This document shows, piece after piece, positions 36,374-44,164 of a stretch of 44,165 nucleotides of DNA (its first letter is position 1; the number at the start of each line of letters is the position of its first letter). Source of the stretch: Actinomycetes bacterium (GTDB lineage: Bacteria > Actinomycetota > Actinomycetes > JAKEEW01); the NCBI GenBank assembly GCA_036560395.1, contig DATBRJ010000111.1, positions 1-44,165 on the forward strand, written 5' to 3'. The notes beneath the pieces are model-generated. The model did no database searches. It was not told the origin of the DNA and saw nothing but the letters and a program-made list of their open reading frames with translations. A program made the translations under genes and the position numbers.

Positions 36374-37396
36374 ATGACTGATCGGACGCTCGACCTCAGC
36401 GACCTGGAGCGGCGTGCGACTGCCGCCAAGCAGGTCTTCGGCGAACACGCCCACATCGTGTGCGACAACCTGGTGCGGATCTATAAGACCGAAGGCGTCG
36501 AAGTCGTCGCCCTGCAGGGACTCGACCTGCTTGTCGACCAGGGGGAGCTGATCGCGCTGGTCGGCGCCTCAGGGTCGGGCAAATCGACGCTGCTCAACAT
36601 CCTCTCTGGGCTCGACATCCCCACAGCCGGCACGGCTCGAGTCGCCGGGAGCGACCTGCTGACGATGACGTCGCGCGAGCGGGTGCGGTTCCGGCGCGAG
36701 GTCGTCGGCTTCGTCTGGCAGCAGACCGCCAGAAACCTTCTGCCGTACCTGACTGCCGCTGAGAATGTCGAGTTGCCAATGCGCTTCACCGGCGTTCCGA
36801 AGGCGGATCGGGAGGACCGCGTGGAGGAGCTGCTGGAGCTGATGGGCGTCGACAATTGCGCCGAGCGACGCCCGGCAGAATTGTCCGGCGGCGAGCAACA
36901 GCGGGTCGCGATCGCAGTGGCGGTCGCGAACGAGCCGGAGGTTATCCTCGCCGATGAGCCGACCGGCGAACTGGACACTTCGACGGCAACCGAGGTGTTC
37001 GGAGCGCTGCGACGGGCTAACAGCGAGCTCGGCGTCACTGTCGTCGTGGTCACCCACGACCCGCTGGTATCCGAGCAGGTGGACCGGACCATCGGCATTC
37101 GTGACGGTCGCACGAGCAGCGAGGTGCTGCGTCGCACAGAGCTGAACGAGCAGGGCGCCGAGGAGATCATCGCCGAGGAGTACACCGTGCTCGACCGGGC
37201 CGGCCGGCTGCAGCTCCCCCGCGAGTTCACCACCGCGCTCGAGATGGAACGCCGGGTCAGGCTCGCGCTCGAACGTGATCACATCGGTGTCTGGCCCGAT
37301 CATGCTCGGCGATCGGCCTGGACCACCGGCTCGGGACGCGCCGATAGCGGATCCGGTGGCGTCAGCTATGACGACGAGGAACGCGACAGTGACTGA
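36374..37396 (+). CDS. ABC transporter ATP-binding protein (MacB/LolD-like) with a C-terminal extension of about 100 aa
   Basis: Walker A GASGSGKST, signature LSGGEQQR, Walker B ILADEPTGELD. The C-terminal tail contains an AbrB/SpoVT-like GRLQLPREF...VRLALERDHIGVWP stretch. Starts 3 nt after the permease stop. Confidence 0.9.
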   Translation: MTDRTLDLSDLERRATAAKQVFGEHAHIVCDNLVRIYKTEGVEVVALQGLDLLVDQGELIALVGASGSGKSTLLNILSGLDIPTAGTARVAGSDLLTMTSRERVRFRREVVGFVWQQTARNLLPYLTAAENVELPMRFTGVPKADREDRVEELLELMGVDNCAERRPAELSGGEQQRVAIAVAVANEPEVILADEPTGELDTSTATEVFGALRRANSELGVTVVVVTHDPLVSEQVDRTIGIRDGRTSSEVLRRTELNEQGAEEIIAEEYTVLDRAGRLQLPREFTTALEMERRVRLALERDHIGVWPDHARRSAWTTGSGRADSGSGGVSYDDEERDSD

Positions 37397-38114
37397 CAAC
37401 GGCGTCGGCGCGCGTTCAGACTCCATGGTGGTCGTCGACAATCTCAACATGCTCTACCGGACCGGGCCGATCGAGGTACATGCGCTCAAGGACGCGACCT
37501 TCACCGTTCCCAGAGGGCAGATGCTGGCGGTTCGCGGTCGATCTGGGTCGGGCAAGACCACCCTGCTCAATCTCATCGGCGGATTGGATGAGCCCGAGTC
37601 CGGACGAGTCCAGGTGGACGGGCACGAGGTTACTGCGCTCGACGAGGACGGGCTGCTGGCCCTGCGCCGAAACACGGTCGGCTTCGTCTTCCAGTCGTTC
37701 GGGCTGATCCCGGTGCTGTCGGCGGCGGAGAACATCGGCGTACCCATGCGGCTGGTGCGCATGTCTGCGACCGAACGCGACGATCGAGTCCAGCTGCTGC
37801 TCGGTCTTGTCGGCCTGAGCGAGCACGCCAACCAGCGCCCGTACGAGCTGTCCGGTGGTCAACAGCAGCGCGTCGCCATCGCCCGCGCCCTCGCCAACCG
37901 GCCGCAGCTGCTCATCGCGGACGAGCCGACCGGCCAGCTCGACTCGCAGACCGGCCGATCGATCATGCAGCTTATCCAAGCACTCGTGCGCAGCCAGAGC
38001 GTGACCGCTATCGTCGCGACCCACGACCCTGTGCTGCTCAATCTCGCCGACCGGGTCATTGAGCTTCGCGATGGCGCGATCGTAAGCGACGAGCTGACGA
38101 TGGAGGCGGCGTGA
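37389..38114 (+). CDS. ABC transporter ATP-binding protein (MacB/LolD-like)
   Basis: Walker A GRSGSGKTT, signature LSGGQQQR, Walker B LIADEPTGQLD. Start uncertain: GTG 37389 lies 7 nt after GAGGAA and overlaps the upstream stop. ATG 37368, ATG 37425 and tracked start 37275 are alternatives. Confidence 0.85.
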   Translation: MTDNGVGARSDSMVVVDNLNMLYRTGPIEVHALKDATFTVPRGQMLAVRGRSGSGKTTLLNLIGGLDEPESGRVQVDGHEVTALDEDGLLALRRNTVGFVFQSFGLIPVLSAAENIGVPMRLVRMSATERDDRVQLLLGLVGLSEHANQRPYELSGGQQQRVAIARALANRPQLLIADEPTGQLDSQTGRSIMQLIQALVRSQSVTAIVATHDPVLLNLADRVIELRDGAIVSDELTMEAA

Positions 38115-38152
38115 GGGCGACACCGCCTCAAGCGAGGAGAGCCGCCGTCGTG

Positions 38153-38485
38153 TCAGCGGGATCGGGCGGCGCCGCCACAGAGGTGGCACTCGCACTCGTG
38201 GGCCCGACACGGCACCTTGCCGGTCGGCCGCACGCACAGCCGGTTGATGCACACGATGCAGAGGTTGGTGCCATCAGCGACATCGACCGTGTCGGCGATC
38301 TCGATGATCCATCCCGTGCCCGAACACTCCGGGCAGTCTGCGCGCCGGTAGCCGATCGCCACCCGGCCGTCGTCGCCTAAGGTGCGGCTCGCCTCGACCG
38401 CCGCAGTCCCGAGCCCCCGGCACTGCGGGCACAAGTCCTTGATCACCCCGCGCACCGAGGGTGTGCGGGGCTTGAAGTCGCTCAT
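38153..38485 (-). CDS. Cys-rich small protein with two DnaJ-type CxxCxGxG zinc-finger motifs
   Basis: CPQCRGLG and CPECSGTG, plus 7 further Cys in the C-terminal 35 residues. Its ATG overlaps the thioesterase stop (ATGA at 38482-38485). Confidence 0.65.
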   Translation of the reverse strand: MSDFKPRTPSVRGVIKDLCPQCRGLGTAAVEASRTLGDDGRVAIGYRRADCPECSGTGWIIEIADTVDVADGTNLCIVCINRLCVRPTGKVPCRAHECECHLCGGAARSR

Positions 38486-38904
38486 CCGGTGGCATCCTCC
38501 GGTTCGAAGTACTCGTCGAGTACGGTCCGCTCAATAGGCCGCAGCCGCCGAGGCTGGTGGCTCTCCATGTCGTAGGGCACGATCACGCTGGCGGCCTTGG
38601 CGCAGAGTGCACCATCCGCGCTGATCTCGTGCGCCAGCGTGAACGAACTGTTGCCGATCCTCGTCACCCACGTCTCGATCCGCACCGGCTGCGGGCTGAA
38701 TGTGATGGGCCGCTTGTAGTCGATCTCGTGCCGGGCCACGACAACGCCCTCGGCCAGCCCCTCGCCGCCGGTCCGGTGCGCATGGGTGAAGAGCATGTCG
38801 ACGCGGGCCTCTTCGAGATAGCGGAGGTATTCCACATTGTTCACGTGTCCGAAGGCATCCATATCGGACCAGCGCATCGGGCACAAGAACACATGACGAC
38901 TCAC
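38482..38904 (-). CDS. acyl-CoA thioesterase (4HBT/YbgC-like hotdog fold)
   Basis: RWSDMDAFGHVNNVEYLRYLEEARVDML is typical of the 4HBT family. Confidence 0.85.
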   Translation of the reverse strand: MSRHVFLCPMRWSDMDAFGHVNNVEYLRYLEEARVDMLFTHAHRTGGEGLAEGVVVARHEIDYKRPITFSPQPVRIETWVTRIGNSSFTLAHEISADGALCAKAASVIVPYDMESHQPRRLRPIERTVLDEYFEPEDATG

Positions 38905-39118
38905 CCGACAGCCCCGCTCCGCCCGCCGCCCAGACCAACGGCCACGTCATCGCCGACGGGAGGCCGGCTGCCTCGCGCATCTGGTGTCCCGCGTCCGAGG
39001 TCTCTTTGTGGCGGCCTGGTGCCGCTGGCCGGCATCCCACGGAAACGCTCCGCGCTGCATGGCGTTTCCACGGTGACCCCGCAACTACCGGGCTGCGTTC
39101 TCGGCCGCCCGCGTACCT

Positions 39119-39203
39119 CTAGTGTTCCGGAATCCCTGCGGTGTTGCCGGGCATCCAACGGTCCTCCGGCCACCGTCAATGGACCTCGGACGCGGGACAC
39201 TAG
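39119..39203 (-). mobile_element. copy B (short form) of the repeated element with inverted termini
   Basis: Termini CTAGTGTTCCGG (39119-39130) and CGGGACACTAG (39193-39203). The reverse complement of 39134-39203 aligns with 26179-26249. Confidence 0.5.
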
Positions 39204-39314
39204 CACCCGAACAGCGTGCCAGACCGCGCACGCATGCGGGGCCCGGTCCCTCTAGCTGATGCTGACCGTCGGCGATCGCACGAGCTGTTGCCGCTCTCGC
39301 TATGCCCGCTCTCG

Positions 39315-40979
39315 CTAGCCGCGCGTGAGCCTGCGATAGGTCGCACGATGCGGCCGGGTTGCCTCGGGACCGAGGCGCTCCACCTTGTTCTTCTCGTACG
39401 CATCGAAGTTGCCCTCGAACCAGAACCACTGGGAGTCGCCCTCCGACCCAAGGATGTGGGTCGCGACCCGGTCAAGGAACCAGCGGTCGTGCGAGGTGAT
39501 CACGGCGCAGCCGGGAAAGTCGAGGAGCGCGTTCTCCAGCGAGGAGAGGGTCTCGACGTCCAGGTCGTTGGTCGGCTCGTCGAGCAGCAGCAAGTTGCCG
39601 CCCTGCTTCATGGTCAGCGCGAGGTTGAGCCGGTTTCGCTCGCCGCCGGAGAGGACCCGCGCGGGCTTCTGCTGATCCGGGCCCTTGAAGCCGAACGCGG
39701 AGACATACGCCCGCGACGGCACCTCCACGTGACCGACCTTGATGAAGTCGAGCCCGTCAGAAACGAGTTCCCAGACGGTCTTGGTGGGGTCGAGGTTGGC
39801 GCGGCCCTGGTCGACGTAGGAGATCTTGACCGTTTCGCCGACCCTGATATCGCCGGAGTCGACCGGCTCCTCTCCGAGGATCATTTTGAACAGGGTGGTC
39901 TTGCCTGCGCCGTTAGGGCCGATGACGCCGACGATCCCGTTGCGCGGGAGCGAGAAGCTGAGGTCGTCGATGAGCAGCCGGTCGCCAAAGCCCTTGCTGA
40001 GGTCCTTCGCCTCGACCACCACACTGCCGAGGCGCGGACCTGGTGGGATCTGGATCTCGTCGAAGTCGAGCTTGCGATATTTGTCCGCCTCGGCGGCCAT
40101 CTCCTCGTAGCGCTGCAGGCGCGCCCTGCTCTTCGCCTGGCGGGCTCTCGGATTCGACCTGACCCATTCGAGCTCGTCCTGCAGGCGCTTCTTACGCTTG
40201 GCGTCCTTCTGGCCCTCGACCTTGAGGCGGGCCGCCTTCGTCTCCAGGTAGGTGGAGTAGTTGCCTTCGTACGGATAGGCACGGCCACGGTCAAGCTCGA
40301 GGATCCACTGCGCGACGTTGTCGAGGAAATAGCGGTCGTGGGTGACGGCGACCACGGTCCCCGGATATTTCTCGAGGTGTTGCTCGAGCCACTGGACCGA
40401 CTCGGCGTCGAGATGGTTAGTGGGCTCGTCGAGCAGGAGCAGGTCCGGCTGCTGAAGCAGGAGCTTGCACAGCGCGACCCGCCTGCGTTCGCCGCCTGAC
40501 AGCACCCTCACATCGGCATCCGCGGGCGGGCAACGCAGGGCGTCCATGGCCTGTTCGAGCTGTGATTCGAGATCCCATGCGCTGCGATGATCGAGCTGCT
40601 CCTGCAGCCTGCCCATCTCGGCGAGCAGCTCGTCTGAGTAGTCGGTCGCGAGTTTCTCGGCGACCTCGCTGAAGCGGTCGAGCATCGCCTTGGTCTCAGC
40701 AACCCCTTCCTCGACGTTTCCAAGGACGGTCTTGTCCTCGTTGAGCGTCGGCTCCTGCTGGAGGATGCCCACCGTGTAGCCCGGGCTCAGGTACGCCTCC
40801 CCGTTGGACGGCTGGTCGAGTCCGGCCATGATGTGCAGCACGCTCGACTTGCCGGCTCCGTTCGGTCCGACGACGCCGATCTTGGCGCCCGGATACATCG
40901 CCAGCGTGACGTCGTCGAGGATCACCTTGTCGCCGTGCGCTTTGCGCGCACGCCTCATCACGTAAATGAACTCGGCCAT
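39315..40979 (-). CDS. ettA: energy-dependent translational throttle protein EttA (ABC-F ATPase)
   Basis: MAEFIYVMRRARKAHGDKVILDDVTL..., two ABC cassettes (GPNGAGKSS and GPNGAGKTT). 554 aa. Confidence 0.92.
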   Translation of the reverse strand: MAEFIYVMRRARKAHGDKVILDDVTLAMYPGAKIGVVGPNGAGKSSVLHIMAGLDQPSNGEAYLSPGYTVGILQQEPTLNEDKTVLGNVEEGVAETKAMLDRFSEVAEKLATDYSDELLAEMGRLQEQLDHRSAWDLESQLEQAMDALRCPPADADVRVLSGGERRRVALCKLLLQQPDLLLLDEPTNHLDAESVQWLEQHLEKYPGTVVAVTHDRYFLDNVAQWILELDRGRAYPYEGNYSTYLETKAARLKVEGQKDAKRKKRLQDELEWVRSNPRARQAKSRARLQRYEEMAAEADKYRKLDFDEIQIPPGPRLGSVVVEAKDLSKGFGDRLLIDDLSFSLPRNGIVGVIGPNGAGKTTLFKMILGEEPVDSGDIRVGETVKISYVDQGRANLDPTKTVWELVSDGLDFIKVGHVEVPSRAYVSAFGFKGPDQQKPARVLSGGERNRLNLALTMKQGGNLLLLDEPTNDLDVETLSSLENALLDFPGCAVITSHDRWFLDRVATHILGSEGDSQWFWFEGNFDAYEKNKVERLGPEATRPHRATYRRLTRG

Positions 40980-41046
40980 GCTCCAAGCCTAAGAGGCGGA
41001 CCCGCCGCATCGCACAACGAAGATCGACCGCACCAGCCAGGGGGCG

Positions 41047-41958
41047 TCAACTCACCGGCTGCACCGGTCCGCCCGTAAGCACCTTCTCGAACCAGTGATC
41101 GGCATAAGGCTCGTCATTGAAGGCGGTCACCTCCCGGTACCCAGCGGACCGGTAGAGCGTTATTGCCTCGTGGAGGGTTCGGTTGGTTTCGAGGCGGATC
41201 ACCCTCGAGCCGGCAGCGCTGGCGCGTTCCTCCAACTGGGCCAGGAGCCGACGCGCGAGTCCCAGGCCCCGGGCATCCGATGCAATCCACATGCGCTTGA
41301 GCTCGGCAGGCTGGCCGTCGTGGAACTTCAGCGCACCGCAGCCGATCGGCTCGGCGTGAAGGGTGGCCACGAGCATCAGGCCGGCTGGGGGCGTGAGCTC
41401 CTCGTCTGCCGCAGAGATGCTGCGGTCCGGGTCGAAGCCCGCTTGGAACCGCTCGACGAGCTCGGTGAAGTACTGCTGCAGGCAATATCGGGCGAACGGG
41501 TGGCGCGGATCGTACGGCGATATCTCGACCATGGACGCGGTGAGGAGCCGTTCGACGTCGGCCATGGCCGCGATCAGCCGATCCCGCTGCCGATCGGTAA
41601 GCGGTTCGAGGATCGACCTCGCGAGCTCATCGGAGCGTTGATCGAGCATGGCTCGCTCGGCCAGACCGGCATCCGTGAGTCGCGCCCGGCGAACCCGTCG
41701 GTCGGCGACGCTCGGCCCGACCCGAACGAGCCCATCACGCTCCAGTGCCCGCAGCAACCGGCTCAGATAGCCGGAATCAAGGTCGAGCCGTGAGCGCAGC
41801 GCTCGGACGTCGGCACCATCGCTCCCGATCTCCCAGAGCACTCGGGCCTCGCCGAGCGGACGATCGCGGGACAGGAAGTGATCATTAAGGACGCCGACCC
41901 GCTGGGTAACCGCGCGGTTGAACCTGCGTATCCGTTTGACGTGCTCGTCGTCGTACAC
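41047..41958 (-). CDS. MarR-type HTH regulator fused to a GNAT acetyltransferase domain
   Basis: N-terminal LDSGYLSRLLRALERDGLVRV wHTH. C-terminal GNAT domain (ARGLGLARRLLAQLEERA). GTG start at 41958. Confidence 0.85.
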   Translation of the reverse strand: MYDDEHVKRIRRFNRAVTQRVGVLNDHFLSRDRPLGEARVLWEIGSDGADVRALRSRLDLDSGYLSRLLRALERDGLVRVGPSVADRRVRRARLTDAGLAERAMLDQRSDELARSILEPLTDRQRDRLIAAMADVERLLTASMVEISPYDPRHPFARYCLQQYFTELVERFQAGFDPDRSISAADEELTPPAGLMLVATLHAEPIGCGALKFHDGQPAELKRMWIASDARGLGLARRLLAQLEERASAAGSRVIRLETNRTLHEAITLYRSAGYREVTAFNDEPYADHWFEKVLTGGPVQPVS

Positions 41959-41961
41959 TTA

Positions 41962-41977
41962 TCTGATTTTAGTCAGA
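41962..41977. promoter_or_regulatory. AT-rich near-palindrome TCTGATTTTAGTCAGA, candidate MarR operator
   Basis: Six of 8 positions are complementary. It starts 4 nt upstream of the GTG of the MarR-GNAT gene. Confidence 0.3.
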
Positions 41978-42268
41978 GAAATGCTGCCTATCCAGACCTA
42001 CCTTCTGGGAGATGGGGCTTCGCGCCAGCTAGCGATCAAGATGTGGACGGCTCGCGATTCGTCGTCGACGTCGGGTATGTGAGGAGCCGGCGGGTGAACA
42101 ATCGGGGTCTGCCACCGGCAGAGGCGCTGAACCGCTCGGCTGCGGCGTGCGCGAAACGCCGGCAGCGTCGACGACCCGCTCCTCCGGATGACTCCGGACT
42201 CGACCGGAGATGGAACCTCGAGGGGTCTGCGGCGCATCGTCGACCGTTTGGAGCATTCCCGATGTGCG

Positions 42269-43204
42269 TCAGTCCCGGTTGACCGGGTTGGGCGCAAGGA
42301 CCGTAGTGATCGTTGCCACGAGATCCTTCACTGCGCTGCCGTCCGGGTCGTGGTCCGGATTAGCCTCGGTCACGGTCAGGCCCGCGGCGTTGCCAGCGCG
42401 CAGCGCGGTACGGACGCCTTCGGCGACGGCGGCCAGCGGCATACCGCCCACCCTCGTGATCTCCTCGCTGAGCGGCAGCTCCATAAAGTTGATCAAGTCC
42501 ACATCGAGATGGACGAGCACCGCGTCATACTCCTCCGCCCAGCCGTCGAGGATCGAGCTCATGGAGCCTGCCGGATCGGCGATCGCATCGGTGGTGTCGA
42601 CAACTCGCAAGCCCAGGTCCACAACGGCCGCCCGCTCACCTGGAGTGATCCCCTTGACATTGACCCCCCAGTAGGCCAGGTCACCTGACTGCAGCAGCGG
42701 CCTCCGCGGCCCAACGGAAGCCAACGCATCAACGGCGCCCGGCACGTCGAGCATGTGCGCCGTCACCATCCAGTCCAGTGCACCCTCGTCCGTGGTCTGC
42801 GGGGTGTTCAGGTCCGTGTGAAGATCGGCGTACACCACTCCAAGCCGTCCGAAACCGGCGGAAAGATAGCCGGCAACCACCCCGATCTCGATCGAGCAGT
42901 TACCGCCAAGCACAAGGTGGCGCTCGCCAGCCCCGATGACTTGACCAATTCGGTCCCGCACACCGGTGACATCCTCGACAACGGCCTCGACATTCTGCGC
43001 GCGCGGGCTTGTGCGGTCGGGTACCCACCGACGCAGGGGAAGATCGCCATGATCAACGACCTCGATCCCCGCCGATGTCAGCGCATCGAGAAGCCCTGCA
43101 TCGCGTAGCGCTCGAGGCGTTTTCTCCTGGCCCGGGGCGAACGACGCCATGCTGGTCGGGGCGCCGAGCAGGCCGAGTCGTGCACCATCGAACGGCTGAG
43201 ACAT
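42269..43204 (-). CDS. arginase/agmatinase/formiminoglutamase-fold protein with a variant first metal motif
   Basis: DLHTDLNTP (DAHxD-like), HLDVDLI (DxD) and TEANPDHD are conserved. GGNCS replaces the canonical GGDHS. Confidence 0.75.
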   Translation of the reverse strand: MSQPFDGARLGLLGAPTSMASFAPGQEKTPRALRDAGLLDALTSAGIEVVDHGDLPLRRWVPDRTSPRAQNVEAVVEDVTGVRDRIGQVIGAGERHLVLGGNCSIEIGVVAGYLSAGFGRLGVVYADLHTDLNTPQTTDEGALDWMVTAHMLDVPGAVDALASVGPRRPLLQSGDLAYWGVNVKGITPGERAAVVDLGLRVVDTTDAIADPAGSMSSILDGWAEEYDAVLVHLDVDLINFMELPLSEEITRVGGMPLAAVAEGVRTALRAGNAAGLTVTEANPDHDPDGSAVKDLVATITTVLAPNPVNRD

Positions 43205-43231
43205 GCCGACACCCTATGCGCCCCGCGGTGG

Positions 43232-44164
43232 CTAACGGCCGGGCGATGGGGCAGGTGGGCCGGGTGTCCCGTCCATCACGCGAACCGGTGCTGCGGGCGA
43301 CTGGGAGCCGTTCGTGCTGCCGCTGCCGGCTGGCGCTGATTGCGTCGACTCGCGCTCGGCGTCATCCTGTCCTGGACCGGGATCCACACCCGACGACCGA
43401 TGGCCGACCTCCCTTGTTGCTTCGTCGAGGAAGCGCAATAGCTCAACAGGGAAGGGAAGTACCAGGGTCGAGTTCTTCTCGGCGGCCACCTCAACGATCG
43501 TCTGGAGCAACCGCAGCTGCAGTGCCGCTGGTGTCTGCGCCATGACGCCCGCGGCGGACGCGAGCTTCTGCGAGGCCTGAAACTCTCCGTCCGCGGTGAT
43601 GATGCGGGAGCGCCGCTCGCGCTCGGCCTCGGCTTGCCGCGACATCGACCGCTTCATGGACTCTGGCAGGGCAACGTCCTTGATCTCAACTCGGTCGATC
43701 TCAATCCCCCAACCGGTGGCGGGGCTGTCGATCATCAGGGCGAGGCCCTGGTTGAGCGACTCGCGGTTACACAGCAGATCATCCAGGTCACTCTTGCCGA
43801 TGATCGAACGCAGCGAGGTCTGCGCCACCTGCAACACCGCGAACTGGTAGTCCTGCACCTCAACAGTTGCGCGCACTGGATCATGGACCCGGAAGTATGC
43901 GACCGCATCCACCCGGACTGTGACGTTGTCACGGGTGATTCCCTCTTGTGCAGGCACCGGCAGCGTGACGATCTGGACGTTCACCTTGCTGAGCCGATCC
44001 ACGAGCGGAATGATCATGGTCAACCCCGCTGAGCGAGGAGGTGTTTGGACCCGGCCGAGACGGAAGACGACGCCCTTCTCGAATTGGTGAACCACTCGCG
44101 CGCTGGCGGCGAACCCGATCACGCCGAGTCCGAGAAGCCCCAGCACAATCCCAAGCACAACCAT
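43232..44164 (-). CDS. SPFH/band 7 (stomatin-like) membrane protein
   Basis: N-terminal TM segment, then FEKGVVFRLGRV...ITRDNVTVRVDAVAYFRV...IEIDRVEIKDVALP. The ATG lies at the window edge, so the true start could be outside the window. Confidence 0.85.
   Translation of the reverse strand: MVVLGIVLGLLGLGVIGFAASARVVHQFEKGVVFRLGRVQTPPRSAGLTMIIPLVDRLSKVNVQIVTLPVPAQEGITRDNVTVRVDAVAYFRVHDPVRATVEVQDYQFAVLQVAQTSLRSIIGKSDLDDLLCNRESLNQGLALMIDSPATGWGIEIDRVEIKDVALPESMKRSMSRQAEAERERRSRIITADGEFQASQKLASAAGVMAQTPAALQLRLLQTIVEVAAEKNSTLVLPFPVELLRFLDEATREVGHRSSGVDPGPGQDDAERESTQSAPAGSGSTNGSQSPAAPVRVMDGTPGPPAPSPGR

Noticed and set aside
39216-40499. ORF 39216..40499 (+, 427 aa)
   Set aside because: It is an antisense shadow of ettA.
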